Shown here piece by piece: positions 1 through 9,981 of a stretch of DNA of 64,000 nt. The notes below the pieces were generated by a model, which was not told the DNA's origin, did no database searches, and was given only the letters and a program-made list of their open reading frames with translations. How positions within the stretch are numbered: the stretch's first letter is position 1; the number at the start of each line of letters is the position of its first letter. Source of the stretch: Acidobacteriota bacterium (GTDB taxonomy: Bacteria > Acidobacteriota > UBA6911 > JACQSX01). Made by a program: the position numbers and the translations under genes. Location: contig DASXQR010000192.1 of NCBI GenBank assembly GCA_036507075.1, positions 43,901 to 107,900 on the forward strand. Direction: 5' to 3'.

Positions 1-246
1 GATGTCGAAGGAAACAAAACTTTTGTACAAACTCGGGACTCCGGCATCGCTGAGATTTGCCGAGCCGATTCGCAACTGGCCCGTAGGGGAAACCAGATCT
101 TCCGGCGTCGATGATGGGCATTCCGGTCTACGGGTCCATCCATCCAGGGCGGCGTTGGAGAACATCGTGCCGGTGCTCTGCGCTGAGACTGTGAGGCTGA
201 GAATTGAAATGAAAGCTGCAATGAAAAAGGCACTCAATTTGGACAT
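1..246 (-). CDS. Secreted protein, N-terminal part only (runs off the window); possibly DNRLRE/CBM96-like
   Basis: My translation: MSKLSAFFIAAFISILSLTVSAQSTG...YKSFVSFDI. Sec signal peptide and GGGGGAG RBS upstream. Absent from the ORF track because it has no stop inside the window. Confidence 0.65.
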   Translation of the reverse strand, partial: MSKLSAFFIAAFISILSLTVSAQSTGTMFSNAALDGWTRRPECPSSTPEDLVSPTGQLRIGSANLSDAGVPSLYKSFVSFDI

Positions 247-328
247 GGCTCCCCCTGAACCCAGCAAGATACAATGTAAATAATAACTTATCCCGCATTA
301 TTCGCGACTTTTTGCAATAACAGGTGGT

Positions 329-430
329 CTGTTGTCCGTCGGCCGTTGTCAGTTGTCACTCCTGACGACCAGCATGCAAGAACCGCTGACAACTCCCACG
401 GACAACGGACAACCCTGTGTCCTCTGTGGC
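329..430. repeat. Heptamer-type inverted repeat element (GTTGTCA/CTGACAA, GGACAAC) plus an arm of the CACAGAGG family
   Basis: gttgtccgtcggccgttgtcagttgtca...ctgacaac...ggacaacggacaac, followed by cctgtgtcctctgtgg. Confidence 0.6.
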
Positions 431-509
431 TTTTTTAGCAAAGCTTTGTCTGACACCTACACCTCAGCCTATGACGATCCAGTCTGCCAAGCTCGATACT
501 CGATTTCCG

Positions 510-550
510 TTGACATGTGATATCACATAGATATCATATTGATGTCACAT
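510..550 (+). promoter_or_regulatory. sigma70 promoter overlapped by three TGATATCA-like operator boxes
   Basis: TTGACA at 510-515 and TATCAT at 532-537. Palindrome ATGTGATATCACAT at 515-528. Boxes at 518, 529 and 540. AAGGAGG RBS at 551. Confidence 0.7.
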
Positions 551-563
551 AAGGAGGTTCGTC

Positions 564-1433
564 ATGTTGCAGGAAAAGGAAATCAAGGGGATCTCGGGCT
601 GGCTGATGTTGGCGGCATTGTTGGTACTGCTGATTTATTCAATCCTTACGCTGACTTTCGCGATTAGAGCCGGTGAGGGCTTCTGGGTTATTTTTTGGCT
701 TACCGTTCTAATTGTCGACGTCGTTTCCGTGTTCGGGTTGACGGTGGTCAACCCGAACGAAGCCAAGGTGATCCAGTTGTTCGGGGCTTACAAGGGCTCC
801 CTCAAACAGCAGGGCTTCCGGTGGGTTAATCCGCTGACCCTGCGCCGCAAGGTTTCTCTGCGAATACGCAACTTTGAGAGCGGCAAGCTGAAGGTGAACG
901 ATCAGGACGGCAACCCGATCGAGATCGCCGCGGTGGTCGTCTGGCGAGTCGTCGAGACGGCGGAAGCGGTGTTTCAGGTGGACGACTATGAGCACTTTGT
1001 CCATGTGCAGAGCGAGGCCGCGCTTCGCGTTCTCGCCACCAGCTACCCGTACGATGCACATGTGGAAGGCCAGGTATCCCTGCGAATTTCCGCTATGGAG
1101 ATTTCCCACAAGCTGCGCGATGAGATCCAGGAGAGATTGGCCAAGGCCGGGGTCGAAGTGATCGAGGCCCGGATCAGTCACCTGGCCTATGCGCCCGAGA
1201 TTGCCAGCGCGATGCTGCGCCGGCAACAGGCTAGCGCCATCATCGCAGCGCGGCAAAAAATAGTCGAAGGGGCCGTGGGCATGGTTGAGATGGCGCTCGA
1301 TTTGCTGAGCGCAAAACAAGTGGTGCAGCTTGACGAAGAGCGTAAGGCTTCCATGGTGAGCAACCTGCTGGTGGTGCTGTGCAGCGATCGGGATGCGCAG
1401 CCGGTCGTCAACACGGGCACGCTTTATCAATAG
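564..1433 (+). CDS. SPFH/band 7 domain membrane protein
   Basis: Two N-terminal TM segments, [40 protein letters not shown]; strong RBS. Confidence 0.92.
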   Translation: MLQEKEIKGISGWLMLAALLVLLIYSILTLTFAIRAGEGFWVIFWLTVLIVDVVSVFGLTVVNPNEAKVIQLFGAYKGSLKQQGFRWVNPLTLRRKVSLRIRNFESGKLKVNDQDGNPIEIAAVVVWRVVETAEAVFQVDDYEHFVHVQSEAALRVLATSYPYDAHVEGQVSLRISAMEISHKLRDEIQERLAKAGVEVIEARISHLAYAPEIASAMLRRQQASAIIAARQKIVEGAVGMVEMALDLLSAKQVVQLDEERKASMVSNLLVVLCSDRDAQPVVNTGTLYQ

Positions 1434-1463
1434 CCCGGTTCGACGCTGCGTATTGGAAGAAAT

Positions 1464-1670
1464 ATGGCGCAACGGAAAACATTTCTCCTTCGTCTCGACC
1501 CGGCAACGCACGAAGCCCTGCAGCGCTGGGCCGACACGGATCTGCGCAGCCTGAACGGACAGATAGAGTTCCTGCTGCGCAATGCGCTTCGCGAAGCGGG
1601 ACGCTTGCCTGCAGACCAATCCCCAGCCGCGCGCAAGGATCCGCTCCCGCCTGCGGGCTCTAAGGAGTGA
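1464..1670 (+). CDS. Arc-like ribbon-helix-helix DNA-binding protein
   Basis: RKTFLLRLDP..EALQRWA..DLRSLNGQIEFLL pattern. Confidence 0.85.
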   Translation: MAQRKTFLLRLDPATHEALQRWADTDLRSLNGQIEFLLRNALREAGRLPADQSPAARKDPLPPAGSKE

Positions 1671-1673
1671 GTA

Positions 1674-2468
1674 ATGAAACCCTGGATCCAACCGATGGAC
1701 TTGAAGCGTAGCTGGGTTCCCCCGGACGGGCTGGATCGCTCACGGCCGCGGGAAGTGCGACTGACCGCCGCAGGACGGGCGTTGGTGTTAGTCGGCATTC
1801 TCTTAATGGCAGGCGCTGTCGGCGCAGGTATCGGTCTCGGGATGAAGGCCGGCCGTCAAGCGGAGGAGGCGCGCCTGCTTCGAGAAGAGGGCTTGATTGC
1901 GCAGGGGGTTGTCACCCGGATATGGCAGAAGCGGGGCGAGAAAAAACAGTCCTGGGTGGCTTACCAGTTCACGACTGACGGACGCACCTACGGACGGGAT
2001 GCGAAGGTCTCGCGCTCCGTCGGGCAACGTCTTCTTGTCGAAGGGCAGATCGCGGTTCGCTATGTTCCTTCCAATCCCGACCTCAATTATCCTCTCGACT
2101 TCGCCAACAAACGCATGCCTGTGTGGCTGCCGTTCTGGATTGCCGGCGCCCTGGCACTGTTTGGATTTTTCGTAACGTTACCGATTCGAAAAGCGCGCAG
2201 GCTGCTTGCGGAAGGACGGCCGGCGCCGGGCATCGTGACGAAACACGGGCACATCATGCACAGTTCGCATGGAAGAGTACTTGGAAAGAAGTCTTACTAC
2301 GAGTTTCCTCTCCTCAACGGAGCCATCAGGAAGGGGGAAACTGGTCCCAGCAAGAATCCTCCCGCCGTCGGCAGCGTGTTCTGTGTGCTCTACGACCCGG
2401 ATACTCCGCGCAAAAATGCACCCTACCCATTGTCGCTGGTCAGACTGGCGAATGTGCGCCGGCCTTGA
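1674..2468 (+). CDS. DUF3592-like membrane protein
   Basis: Two TM + small beta-domain repeats (GVVT..VAYQF..VRYVPSNP; GIVT..YEF..VLYDPDTP); AAGGAG RBS. Confidence 0.65.
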   Translation: MKPWIQPMDLKRSWVPPDGLDRSRPREVRLTAAGRALVLVGILLMAGAVGAGIGLGMKAGRQAEEARLLREEGLIAQGVVTRIWQKRGEKKQSWVAYQFTTDGRTYGRDAKVSRSVGQRLLVEGQIAVRYVPSNPDLNYPLDFANKRMPVWLPFWIAGALALFGFFVTLPIRKARRLLAEGRPAPGIVTKHGHIMHSSHGRVLGKKSYYEFPLLNGAIRKGETGPSKNPPAVGSVFCVLYDPDTPRKNAPYPLSLVRLANVRRP

Positions 2469-2627
2469 AATTAAGTAGTTGAAAACAAGTCATTTCTAGC
2501 GGAGGATAATCACTAATGTAAGAGTAGGGGCAGCAAAGCGGGCGCATGTGGTTCGGCGCAGGGCTTGTTACGATATCAATCAGCGTAATTCGCGTAAATC
2601 AGCGGCTGGTTCTTCGATGAGGTGACA

Positions 2628-4079
2628 ATGACACGACCGTCCTCTTTCAGGCACAACCCGACTTTTTCGTGTGCGCTCGTCTTGATCATCGGCGTCGTCA
2701 TGCTGTCCATTGGGCGCGGCGCCTCACAACCCCGCACCTTCAATGTGCTCTTTATTGCGTCCGACGATTTGAACAATGCGCTCGGCTGTTACCAGCATCC
2801 TCTGGTTCGCTCGCCCAACATCGATCGACTCGCGCGCAGCGGCATGCGCTTCGATCGCGCCTATTGCCAGTACCCGCTGTGCAATCCGAGCCGCGCCTCC
2901 CTGATGACGGGGTTGCGGCCCGACACGACCGGGGTACTGGACAATCAATTCAATTTCCGAACGAAGCTGCCAAATGTCGTGACCTTGCCTCAGTTGTTTC
3001 GCAACAACCGATACTTTGTCGCGCGCCTGGGCAAGCTCTATCACTACGGCGTGCCCGGGCAAATAGGAACCAACGGGCTGGATGATCCGCAGTCCTGGGA
3101 CCAGGTCGTCAATCCTCGCGGGCGCGACAAGGACGAGGAAAACAAGATCATAAACCACACGGTGGGACGCCCTCTGGGCAGCGCACTTGCCTTTTTGGCC
3201 GCCGATGGATCAGACGAAGAGCAGACCGACGGCAAAATCGCCACCGAAGCGATTCGCCTGCTCGAGAACAACCGGGAGCGGCCATTCTTCCTGGCAGTCG
3301 GATTCTTCCGGCCGCATTCGCCTTACGTCGCTCCCAAGAAGTATTTCGACCTCTATCCGACCGAGAAGATAAAGCTTCCTAAGGATCCGCCGAACGACCG
3401 CGACGATATTCCTGCGACTGCCTTGTTCACAACGCCGCCGAACTGGGGTCTGTCCGAGACGCAGCAGCGCGAGGCGACACGCGCCTACTTCGCGTCGATT
3501 TCCTTCATGGACGCGCAAGTGGGACGCCTGCTCGATGCACTCGATCGACTCGGCCTTCGCGATCAAACGCTGGTAGTGTTTTGGGGAGACCACGGCTATC
3601 ACCTCGGGGAGCACGGCACCTGGATGAAGTCGAGCCTTTTTGAAGAGTCGGCGCGCGTGCCGCTGATCATCTCTGCACCGGGAATGAAAGCCGGCAAATC
3701 GTGCGAGCGCCTGGTCGAGTTTGTCGATCTTTATCCCACCGTCGCCGAATTCTGCGGTTTGAAGACGCCTGAAGGTCTGGAGGGCGAAAGCCTGGTGCCA
3801 CTGCTGCGCGATCCCAATCGTCGGTGGAAAAAAGCCGCGTTTACCCAGGTTCGAAGAGCAGAGCAGGGACAAAGTTTTGCCGGCCGCTCAGTCCGCACCG
3901 ACCGCTGGCGCTACACGGAATGGGACGAGGGACGAAAAGGCGCCGAGCTCTACGACCATCGCAAAGATCCACATGAATGGACTAATCTGGCGAACGATCC
4001 CAGGCATCAATCAACCGTCTCAGAGCTCAAAAGCCTCCTGCACGCCGGCTGGAAGGCTGCGCGCGTCGAGAAGCCTTGA
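2628..4079 (+). CDS. Sulfatase (formylglycine-dependent, iduronate-sulfatase-like)
   Basis: [36 protein letters not shown]; signal peptide; start at 2622 or 2628. Confidence 0.93.
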   Translation: MTRPSSFRHNPTFSCALVLIIGVVMLSIGRGASQPRTFNVLFIASDDLNNALGCYQHPLVRSPNIDRLARSGMRFDRAYCQYPLCNPSRASLMTGLRPDTTGVLDNQFNFRTKLPNVVTLPQLFRNNRYFVARLGKLYHYGVPGQIGTNGLDDPQSWDQVVNPRGRDKDEENKIINHTVGRPLGSALAFLAADGSDEEQTDGKIATEAIRLLENNRERPFFLAVGFFRPHSPYVAPKKYFDLYPTEKIKLPKDPPNDRDDIPATALFTTPPNWGLSETQQREATRAYFASISFMDAQVGRLLDALDRLGLRDQTLVVFWGDHGYHLGEHGTWMKSSLFEESARVPLIISAPGMKAGKSCERLVEFVDLYPTVAEFCGLKTPEGLEGESLVPLLRDPNRRWKKAAFTQVRRAEQGQSFAGRSVRTDRWRYTEWDEGRKGAELYDHRKDPHEWTNLANDPRHQSTVSELKSLLHAGWKAARVEKP

Positions 4080-4784
4080 TTTCTTTTTTCGCGCAATGAC
4101 TACCCACCCGAGAGTGTCATCTTTGCGTCGATCACAGCGGTCGAGATAAAAACAGCCGAGGGGCACGACAAATCCCAAGATCGGCGCTGATACCAAAAAC
4201 ACAAGAATCTTCAGTCCACGGGTCCAGTTAAATAGTTTCTCCAGCCATGTGCGAGCGAAAACCCAGTAACCTCCGCCAATGGGGTCGCAGCGGTCCACCG
4301 TCCATCGCGTTGTCCTCAGCAGGTAGACAATGCCTGTCCGGTCGAACCTGTGAAGATCATCTGCAGCTTCTAATCGTGGAAAGCGCCAGGGTATCGTCAG
4401 GAACAACTCGCCGCCGGGCTTGACGGACCGATGCATCTCTTCCAGGCTCTTCCGCGGATTCTTGAAATGATGCAGCGCGGCGCTGCAACAGATCGCATCC
4501 AGGCACCCGGCGCGCAGCGGGAGCTTGTGCGCATCTGCCAGGATTCGAGCCCCGCTGCGAAAGCGCAGCGCACCTGCACTGCGGTCCAGTGCTATGGCCC
4601 AGGGCGCGTATACGGCGGCGCCGCCGGCAAGGTCCAACAGACGCGCAGATTCATGTCGAAGGCAGAACGCGGCTGCCAGGCGCTCCAGTTCGAACTCAAA
4701 GGGGATGAGCCTGCGACGAAGAAACTCGGGAACCGCCAGCCGGATCCTATCGCGCAGCCGTTTTGATTGTTCACCTCTGGCCAT
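4020..4784 (-). CDS. Class I SAM-dependent methyltransferase
   Basis: [38 protein letters not shown]. The 3' end overlaps the convergent sulfatase by 60 bp. Confidence 0.8.
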   Translation of the reverse strand: MARGEQSKRLRDRIRLAVPEFLRRRLIPFEFELERLAAAFCLRHESARLLDLAGGAAVYAPWAIALDRSAGALRFRSGARILADAHKLPLRAGCLDAICCSAALHHFKNPRKSLEEMHRSVKPGGELFLTIPWRFPRLEAADDLHRFDRTGIVYLLRTTRWTVDRCDPIGGGYWVFARTWLEKLFNWTRGLKILVFLVSAPILGFVVPLGCFYLDRCDRRKDDTLGWVVIARKKKSRLLDARSLPAGVQEAFEL

Positions 4785-5799
4785 AGCTGTTTTGGAATAC
4801 GGGAATCTTTTTGAAAAGCTGAAGGCGTTCTACATAAGGCAGCAAACGGCTGATCAGCAAAGGTCCGGCCAAAAAGCTGATGATGGTAAACAGCAGGTTG
4901 GGCCTGGGAATGGTGCAATGCTGGCAGGGTGGGTATTGACTAAGGTCGCCCGAGACGTGCGCTTTACGTATATTCTGCATCTCGGTGGAGTTCCAGAACT
5001 GATCAAAGGAAGATTTCCTCAGGTCACCGAGCGGGGGCTTGCCGGCAAAACGGCAACAGGGCGCAACTGTCCCGTCGTGACGTATAAAAATGGATCCGCG
5101 CCAAAGCAAAAAGCAGGGGAGCCTTTTTCTTTCCTTTCTGGGCCGATAAATGTCGGCGCGTATCGATGAGTACTTCAGTTGGTCTTCCTTGAAGCGAATT
5201 ATGTCCACTCCCCGGCGATTCCACATCTTTTTAAAAAGACTCGTTTCATGTTCGTTATCACGCAACAGGACCATTTGCAGGATCACCTTCATCCGGGCAC
5301 GGCTCTTCAATTTGAACGCCAGAAAAGCTTCAATATTACGTTTGACCCAGTCGAATTTTGCTCCCGCCCGATATTTCTCGTAGGAAGCCGCGGTGGCTCC
5401 ATCGAAAGCCAGGATGAGATTGTCCACTCCACAGTCAAGCAATTTGCGGCTCCGGCTCTCATCCAGCATCGTGGCATTTGTCGAAAGTTCAACTCTCACG
5501 CCTGAATCCCTGGCATATCGCACCATTTCGTAAATATTTTCATTCAGCAGAGGCTCGCCTTCGCCAAAAGGCCAAATGAATTCCAATGTGCGACGGTTCT
5601 GGTCGATGATGGACTTGAAGCGGGAAAGCGGCATATGTCCGAGCGGGAGCGGGTCTTTGTCCCGATTGCACATGGGGCAGGCAAGATTGCACTTGTTGGT
5701 TGACTCAATCGTGAGATGAAGCGGCTTGCTGCGCAAAACGTGTTTTCCCGCCAGATACTCCCACAGCAGCGTCGCTCGGTTTGCCAGGTGATACATCAC
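4771..5799 (-). CDS. Radical SAM protein with SPASM/twitch domain
   Basis: CNLACPMC, GEGEPLL, STNA; C-terminal PC..W...DGTVAPCC...CQHC. Confidence 0.9.
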   Translation of the reverse strand: MMYHLANRATLLWEYLAGKHVLRSKPLHLTIESTNKCNLACPMCNRDKDPLPLGHMPLSRFKSIIDQNRRTLEFIWPFGEGEPLLNENIYEMVRYARDSGVRVELSTNATMLDESRSRKLLDCGVDNLILAFDGATAASYEKYRAGAKFDWVKRNIEAFLAFKLKSRARMKVILQMVLLRDNEHETSLFKKMWNRRGVDIIRFKEDQLKYSSIRADIYRPRKERKRLPCFLLWRGSIFIRHDGTVAPCCRFAGKPPLGDLRKSSFDQFWNSTEMQNIRKAHVSGDLSQYPPCQHCTIPRPNLLFTIISFLAGPLLISRLLPYVERLQLFKKIPVFQNSYGQR

Positions 5800-6763
5800 G
5801 GCCTCCTTGTATGGCTAAGCGCAGTACCTGGAAATACATCTGTTTGTAGCTCTGAATGGCGCGGTCGGAATTGTAAATGCCATAGCGGCGCAAGAGCCGC
5901 GGCCGGAGCCAACCAGGAAAAACGTAGCTGAACAGAATTCGCAGAAGCATTCCAACCGCCATCGAAATCCGTACCATCTGGCAGGCATCGGGCAGATGGA
6001 TTCGGCAGTAACGCAGAACACTGCGGTAGAAATCATGGTAACGGTGTTCAATGATGAAATGGCGGCTGGTCTCTCTGCCTGTATGGATGGCAGCGGCGTC
6101 GGCGCAAAAGATTGTTCTCCACCCGCGCGACGCCAGTCTTCGGTGGAGGTCGACATCTTCCATCCATGCGGGAGCGTAACACTCGTCGTATCCGCCGATC
6201 TCGACAAGCGCATCTCGCCTCGTCAGGACAAAGGCCCCACAGGCGTGTTCCACCACGCAATCCCGGTCATGGGGAAAATCCATCATCCGATAATGCGGTG
6301 TCGCCGGGTTGTTTGGCAAAAGCTTGTGAAGAAGAAGAAGTTCTGTACACAGCGCCCTGTTGGAAGGAAACCTTCTGACGTTGTGGCCGATCTGAAACGT
6401 TCCATCTTCGTTCTGAAACCGAGGAACGGCCACTGCGAACCGGTCGCAGGACAGGAGCTTATTCTCCAGTTCGCAGATACAGTCCGCGCCGGCGATCCAG
6501 TCTCCGTCGACAAATAAGACAAGCGGTTCCCTTGTTTTTGCCAGGCCGAGATTGCGTGCTTGCGCGAAGTTGATTTTTTGATCGCGCGACAGAATCGGGA
6601 CGCCCGGATACTCGCGGGCAACAATCTCAACGGTATCATCTTCAGATCCGCAGTCGCACAAAACGACCTCGCGAATGCCCGCAGTTCGCAGGCTGTCCAG
6701 GCATCGACAAACCGACAAGGAATTGTTCCAAGCCGTCACGACGGCTGAAATTCCGACTTGCAT
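5705..6763 (-). CDS. Glycosyltransferase family 2
   Basis: DCGSEDDT, NFAQARNLG, FVDGD, GGYDE..WMEDVD. Confidence 0.9.
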   Translation of the reverse strand: MQVGISAVVTAWNNSLSVCRCLDSLRTAGIREVVLCDCGSEDDTVEIVAREYPGVPILSRDQKINFAQARNLGLAKTREPLVLFVDGDWIAGADCICELENKLLSCDRFAVAVPRFQNEDGTFQIGHNVRRFPSNRALCTELLLLHKLLPNNPATPHYRMMDFPHDRDCVVEHACGAFVLTRRDALVEIGGYDECYAPAWMEDVDLHRRLASRGWRTIFCADAAAIHTGRETSRHFIIEHRYHDFYRSVLRYCRIHLPDACQMVRISMAVGMLLRILFSYVFPGWLRPRLLRRYGIYNSDRAIQSYKQMYFQVLRLAIQGGRDVSPGKPSDAAVGVSGGKTRFAQQAASSHD

Positions 6764-6796
6764 GGCAGTTAGGATGCCTTCATTCTAAGAACCACT

Positions 6797-8512
6797 ATGG
6801 AAAAACGCAACCGGTGGTCCTGCGTTGTTTCCCTGCTTATCTTCAGCGTCGTCGTTCAAATACCGTTTCTGCAAAAGGCATTTCACATAGATGACAACAT
6901 ATATCTGATGGTCGCGGAAAATCTTTACACCCATTCCTGGTTTCCTCAGGATCTTCATACCTATTTTGAAGGGCTGCGGGTCGAAAGTTTCATTTCTCAC
7001 GAGCACCCCTTGCTTTTGTCCAGTGTTCTGCTGGCTCCAGCGACGGCAGTGAGTGTTCGGCCCGAGTTGACGGCGCACGTTACGTATTTGATCTTCTTTT
7101 TGCTGTTGGTTCTGTCCATCTTTCTGTTGTGTGAAAGTTCAGAGATTGGTTGGATGGCTGCCGCGCTTACTGCCGTTTCTCCGGTCGTTTTCGTGTCGAG
7201 CCATTCGTTAATGTCCGACCTGCCCTATGTGGCGTTGGTTTACGTTGCTCTGGTTCTGGTTGTGGTCTCGAACCGCGGTTTCCCGGGCAGTACCCGCTCA
7301 TGGATGCTTCTTTGTGCCGGTTTAAGCTGCGCGGCGGCAGCGATGTTCGCTTACCAGGCTGTCTTCTTTGTGCCAGTCGTCTACTGGGCTGCCTGTGGAG
7401 GACTGGCGCATAACGTACGTATCCGGCTGCGTTTTGCGGCGTTTTGGACGCGATATGTCGCGTCCAAATCCGATGCGGCGCGCCGCGTCTCTACGCCGGA
7501 AAATGTACAAACTCGAAAGGCGCGTGTCGCGTCTGAGCCCCGACCCGACATGACGCGTCGAGATCATCGGGCGGGCCAAATTTGGATTTGGGCTCTGCCA
7601 CTCACCATTCTGTTTGCCTACGCGGCTATCAATTCAGTCTACTTTGGACGGTTTATTTGGTGGGACCTGTTTGTCTTCTGGCATCAGCAACCGGTCTCTG
7701 CCGGCGGGCTATGGGCAAAATTGACATACTCGTTGCTGACCTTGCTGGGAGCAATCACCTTTCCTCTAGCCTGGGTCGTTCTACTGTCCAGGAAAACAGT
7801 CGAAAGTGGACCGCCAGCGCCGCCTGATCGCACTAACGCACTTTTAATAGCCTTGGTAGTGGTGACTTTTTTCATGATCCTCTTTGTGTATCACATAGGT
7901 ACGGCGCGTTATTTGCTTCCAGCCGCTCCCGCCATTTGTATCTTTATGGTTTCTCGTATGCGAGCCGTCGTCCGACATCTTGCGCGGCGAATTGCCTGGT
8001 TTGCTGCACTATTTGGGTTGACGGCGGGTGTGTCATTTTCTTTGGCGAGCGCGGATTCTGAATGGGCCGCCTTTTACCGGGATGCAGCATCAGTGGTCTC
8101 AGAATACCAGCATCAGGGAACCAAGGTCTGGATCGCGGGCGAATGGGGTTTTCGATGGTACTTTCGCCGTGAAGGCGGCATAGTTCTTGGTCGCGCAGAC
8201 AATCGCCCCCTTCGCGGTGACATCCTGATCCGGCCGAAGCTGGCCAGTCCGTACCTGACCGCCTACGATCGTTTCCCGAACGCTTTGGAATTGGAAAAAG
8301 TCATCCAATACCGTCCATCCCTACCGGTTAGATTGCTCGATTTTGATTCCCATGCCGGCTTTTACAGCTCTGGTTGGGGGCTGCTTCCCTATTCTGTCAA
8401 TCTTTCGGATAAGGCGCTGGAAGAAATACTGATCTACCGTGTCAAAAAACCCGTGCCGGCTCCGGCGCGAGAGCCGACGTATTGGGATTGGAACAAGCCC
8501 AACAGCGAATGA
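6797..8512 (+). CDS. Polytopic GT-C (ArnT/PMT-like) glycosyltransferase carrying an apparent in-frame insertion
   Basis: HIDD motif, HPLL, SPVVF..S..LMSD, ARYLLP, multiple TM segments. Confidence 0.75.
   Translation: MEKRNRWSCVVSLLIFSVVVQIPFLQKAFHIDDNIYLMVAENLYTHSWFPQDLHTYFEGLRVESFISHEHPLLLSSVLLAPATAVSVRPELTAHVTYLIFFLLLVLSIFLLCESSEIGWMAAALTAVSPVVFVSSHSLMSDLPYVALVYVALVLVVVSNRGFPGSTRSWMLLCAGLSCAAAAMFAYQAVFFVPVVYWAACGGLAHNVRIRLRFAAFWTRYVASKSDAARRVSTPENVQTRKARVASEPRPDMTRRDHRAGQIWIWALPLTILFAYAAINSVYFGRFIWWDLFVFWHQQPVSAGGLWAKLTYSLLTLLGAITFPLAWVVLLSRKTVESGPPAPPDRTNALLIALVVVTFFMILFVYHIGTARYLLPAAPAICIFMVSRMRAVVRHLARRIAWFAALFGLTAGVSFSLASADSEWAAFYRDAASVVSEYQHQGTKVWIAGEWGFRWYFRREGGIVLGRADNRPLRGDILIRPKLASPYLTAYDRFPNALELEKVIQYRPSLPVRLLDFDSHAGFYSSGWGLLPYSVNLSDKALEEILIYRVKKPVPAPAREPTYWDWNKPNSE
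7443..7494. repeat. REP-like palindrome doublet inside a coding sequence
   Basis: TTTGGACGCGA-TATG-TCGCGTCCAAA, then GATGCGGCGCGCCGCGTCTCTAC. Confidence 0.6.
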
Positions 8513-8529
8513 AGCACGAATGTAGAAAC

Positions 8530-9042
8530 CTACAGGTACCGCTCTTCAAGGATAGCGGTGTGGTGTACGACGTGGCCGGCAAGGATGTAGGCCAGCGCTC
8601 GAATGGTGAAGGAGTTCCCGCTGGCGATACCGCTTCGCATCCAGGCCTCGGACGGGAGGTTCCGGAAAAAGGACAGAGTAGCCAACCGGACTCTCCGGAA
8701 CTCCTCGACATGGCTGGCCCATGAAAACTCGTCGGCTGCCGCGGCGCGGACGGAAACCTCTTGATCGTAGCTTGGCAAGGGGCTGTCAAAACCGCGCGCA
8801 AACCAGAGTGCGCGGAAAAGGAAAACGCGCTCGCAGTCGTTGAGGTGATTCAGCACCTGACGGATGGACCACTTTTCCGGCGCGTAGCGGTGCAGAGACT
8901 TCTCCTCGGAGATGCCGGCCAGGAATGAAAGCGTTTCTTCCAACTGAGTCTCCAACCGGCCGACGATGTCGTCGCTGGAGATCCTCTCGATATAGCGGAA
9001 GTAGTAGGGCGCGGCTTCGTTGCTTTCAGGACGTCCGATCAT
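8530..9042 (-). CDS. DinB family protein
   Basis: YAPEKWSIRQVLNHLNDCER...AGHVVHH. Confidence 0.9.
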   Translation of the reverse strand: MIGRPESNEAAPYYFRYIERISSDDIVGRLETQLEETLSFLAGISEEKSLHRYAPEKWSIRQVLNHLNDCERVFLFRALWFARGFDSPLPSYDQEVSVRAAAADEFSWASHVEEFRRVRLATLSFFRNLPSEAWMRSGIASGNSFTIRALAYILAGHVVHHTAILEERYL

Positions 9043-9085
9043 GGGATTATGCTAGTACTTAATTCCAAAATCCGACTAATGATTT

Positions 9086-9115
9086 TTTCACCACAAAGGC
9101 ACAAAGGACACAAAG
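9086..9115. repeat. Single arm of the CACCACAAAGGCACAAAG repeat family
   Basis: ttcaccacaaaggcacaaaggacacaaag. Confidence 0.75.
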
Positions 9116-9187
9116 TCAGAAGGCGGAGATCAAAATCACCAAACGTCTGCTGTCACCCTGCTAATCTGTCGAACAAAGGAGCAACAA

Positions 9188-9562
9188 ATGAGAGGTATCG
9201 GAGGAATTGTCGGATTGCTGATTGTCCTGGGGATTGGATACTTTGTTTACAGAACCCAGTTGACACAAGGAACAGGGACCCAAGCCACACCGAAAACACA
9301 GATTGACCTGATCAGGGTCAGAAGCGAGTTATTGAGCCTGGCTCAATCAGAGAGGCTTTACCTGGCTCGCAACGGCAATTACGCAACTCTGGACCAGCTA
9401 CAGCAGGCAAGCTCTGCAATCTCCGGCAGCAGGGGTTACACCTACAACATCGAAGTGGACGACGGCCAGCATTTCAAAATTACAGCCACTCCTTCCGATC
9501 CGATGAACCGAAACTTGCCCACGTTCTCAATCGACGAAACAATGCAGATTTTGGAGAAGTGA
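9188..9562 (+). CDS. Small membrane-anchored pilin-like protein
   Basis: N-terminal hydrophobic helix, YLARNGNYATL, YTYNI..FKITATP as in type IV pilin heads; AAGGAG RBS; no canonical G/FxxxE motif. Confidence 0.6.
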   Translation: MRGIGGIVGLLIVLGIGYFVYRTQLTQGTGTQATPKTQIDLIRVRSELLSLAQSERLYLARNGNYATLDQLQQASSAISGSRGYTYNIEVDDGQHFKITATPSDPMNRNLPTFSIDETMQILEK

Positions 9563-9575
9563 ATCTGCAGTGTGG

Positions 9576-9791
9576 CTATGGTGCCCCGGCGTTTGCGGCC
9601 GGCAAGCCGTGTTTGGCCAGAAAGTCTCGAATGGCGGCATAAATTTTCAGTGTCTGTTCGCGCGTGAAGCCGCCGTGTTTTCCTCCGGGAATTGTGAAAA
9701 GCTGGTTGGGGACTGCGGCCTTGTCGAGCGCTTCGTGCAGGCGAACTGCATGCGTGTACGGCACGGTGGGATCGGCATCACCATGGATGGT
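9576..9791 (-). pseudogene. C-terminal remnant of an alpha/beta hydrolase
   Basis: TIHGDADPTVPY...IPGGKHGGF...IRDFL. The frame is closed upstream by a TGA inside the repeat at 9795-9797, and there is no GxSxG part. Confidence 0.8.
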
Positions 9792-9792
9792 G

Positions 9793-9822
9793 TTTCACCA
9801 CGAAGGCACAAAGGGCACAAAG
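9793..9822. repeat. Single arm of the CACCACAAAGGCACAAAG family
   Basis: tttcaccacgaaggcacaaagggcacaaag. Confidence 0.75.
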
Positions 9823-9981
9823 TATTTACCTTTTCGAACCGCAGAATTCTATAATAGACCTCAAATCGCTTTCTATTTCCTAAAGCCACGAATTCTGTTC
9901 AGTGCTGCACGCAAGAAAGAGTGGAAGGCCACCCGCCAGGAAGGCTTTGTCTAAACGAAATTTGAAGTACAGGAGGTAACT

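Noticed and set aside
1464..2468. In-frame TGA between the RHH and DUF3592 genes
   Set aside because: An AAGGAG RBS directly precedes the downstream ATG; ordinary operon packing.
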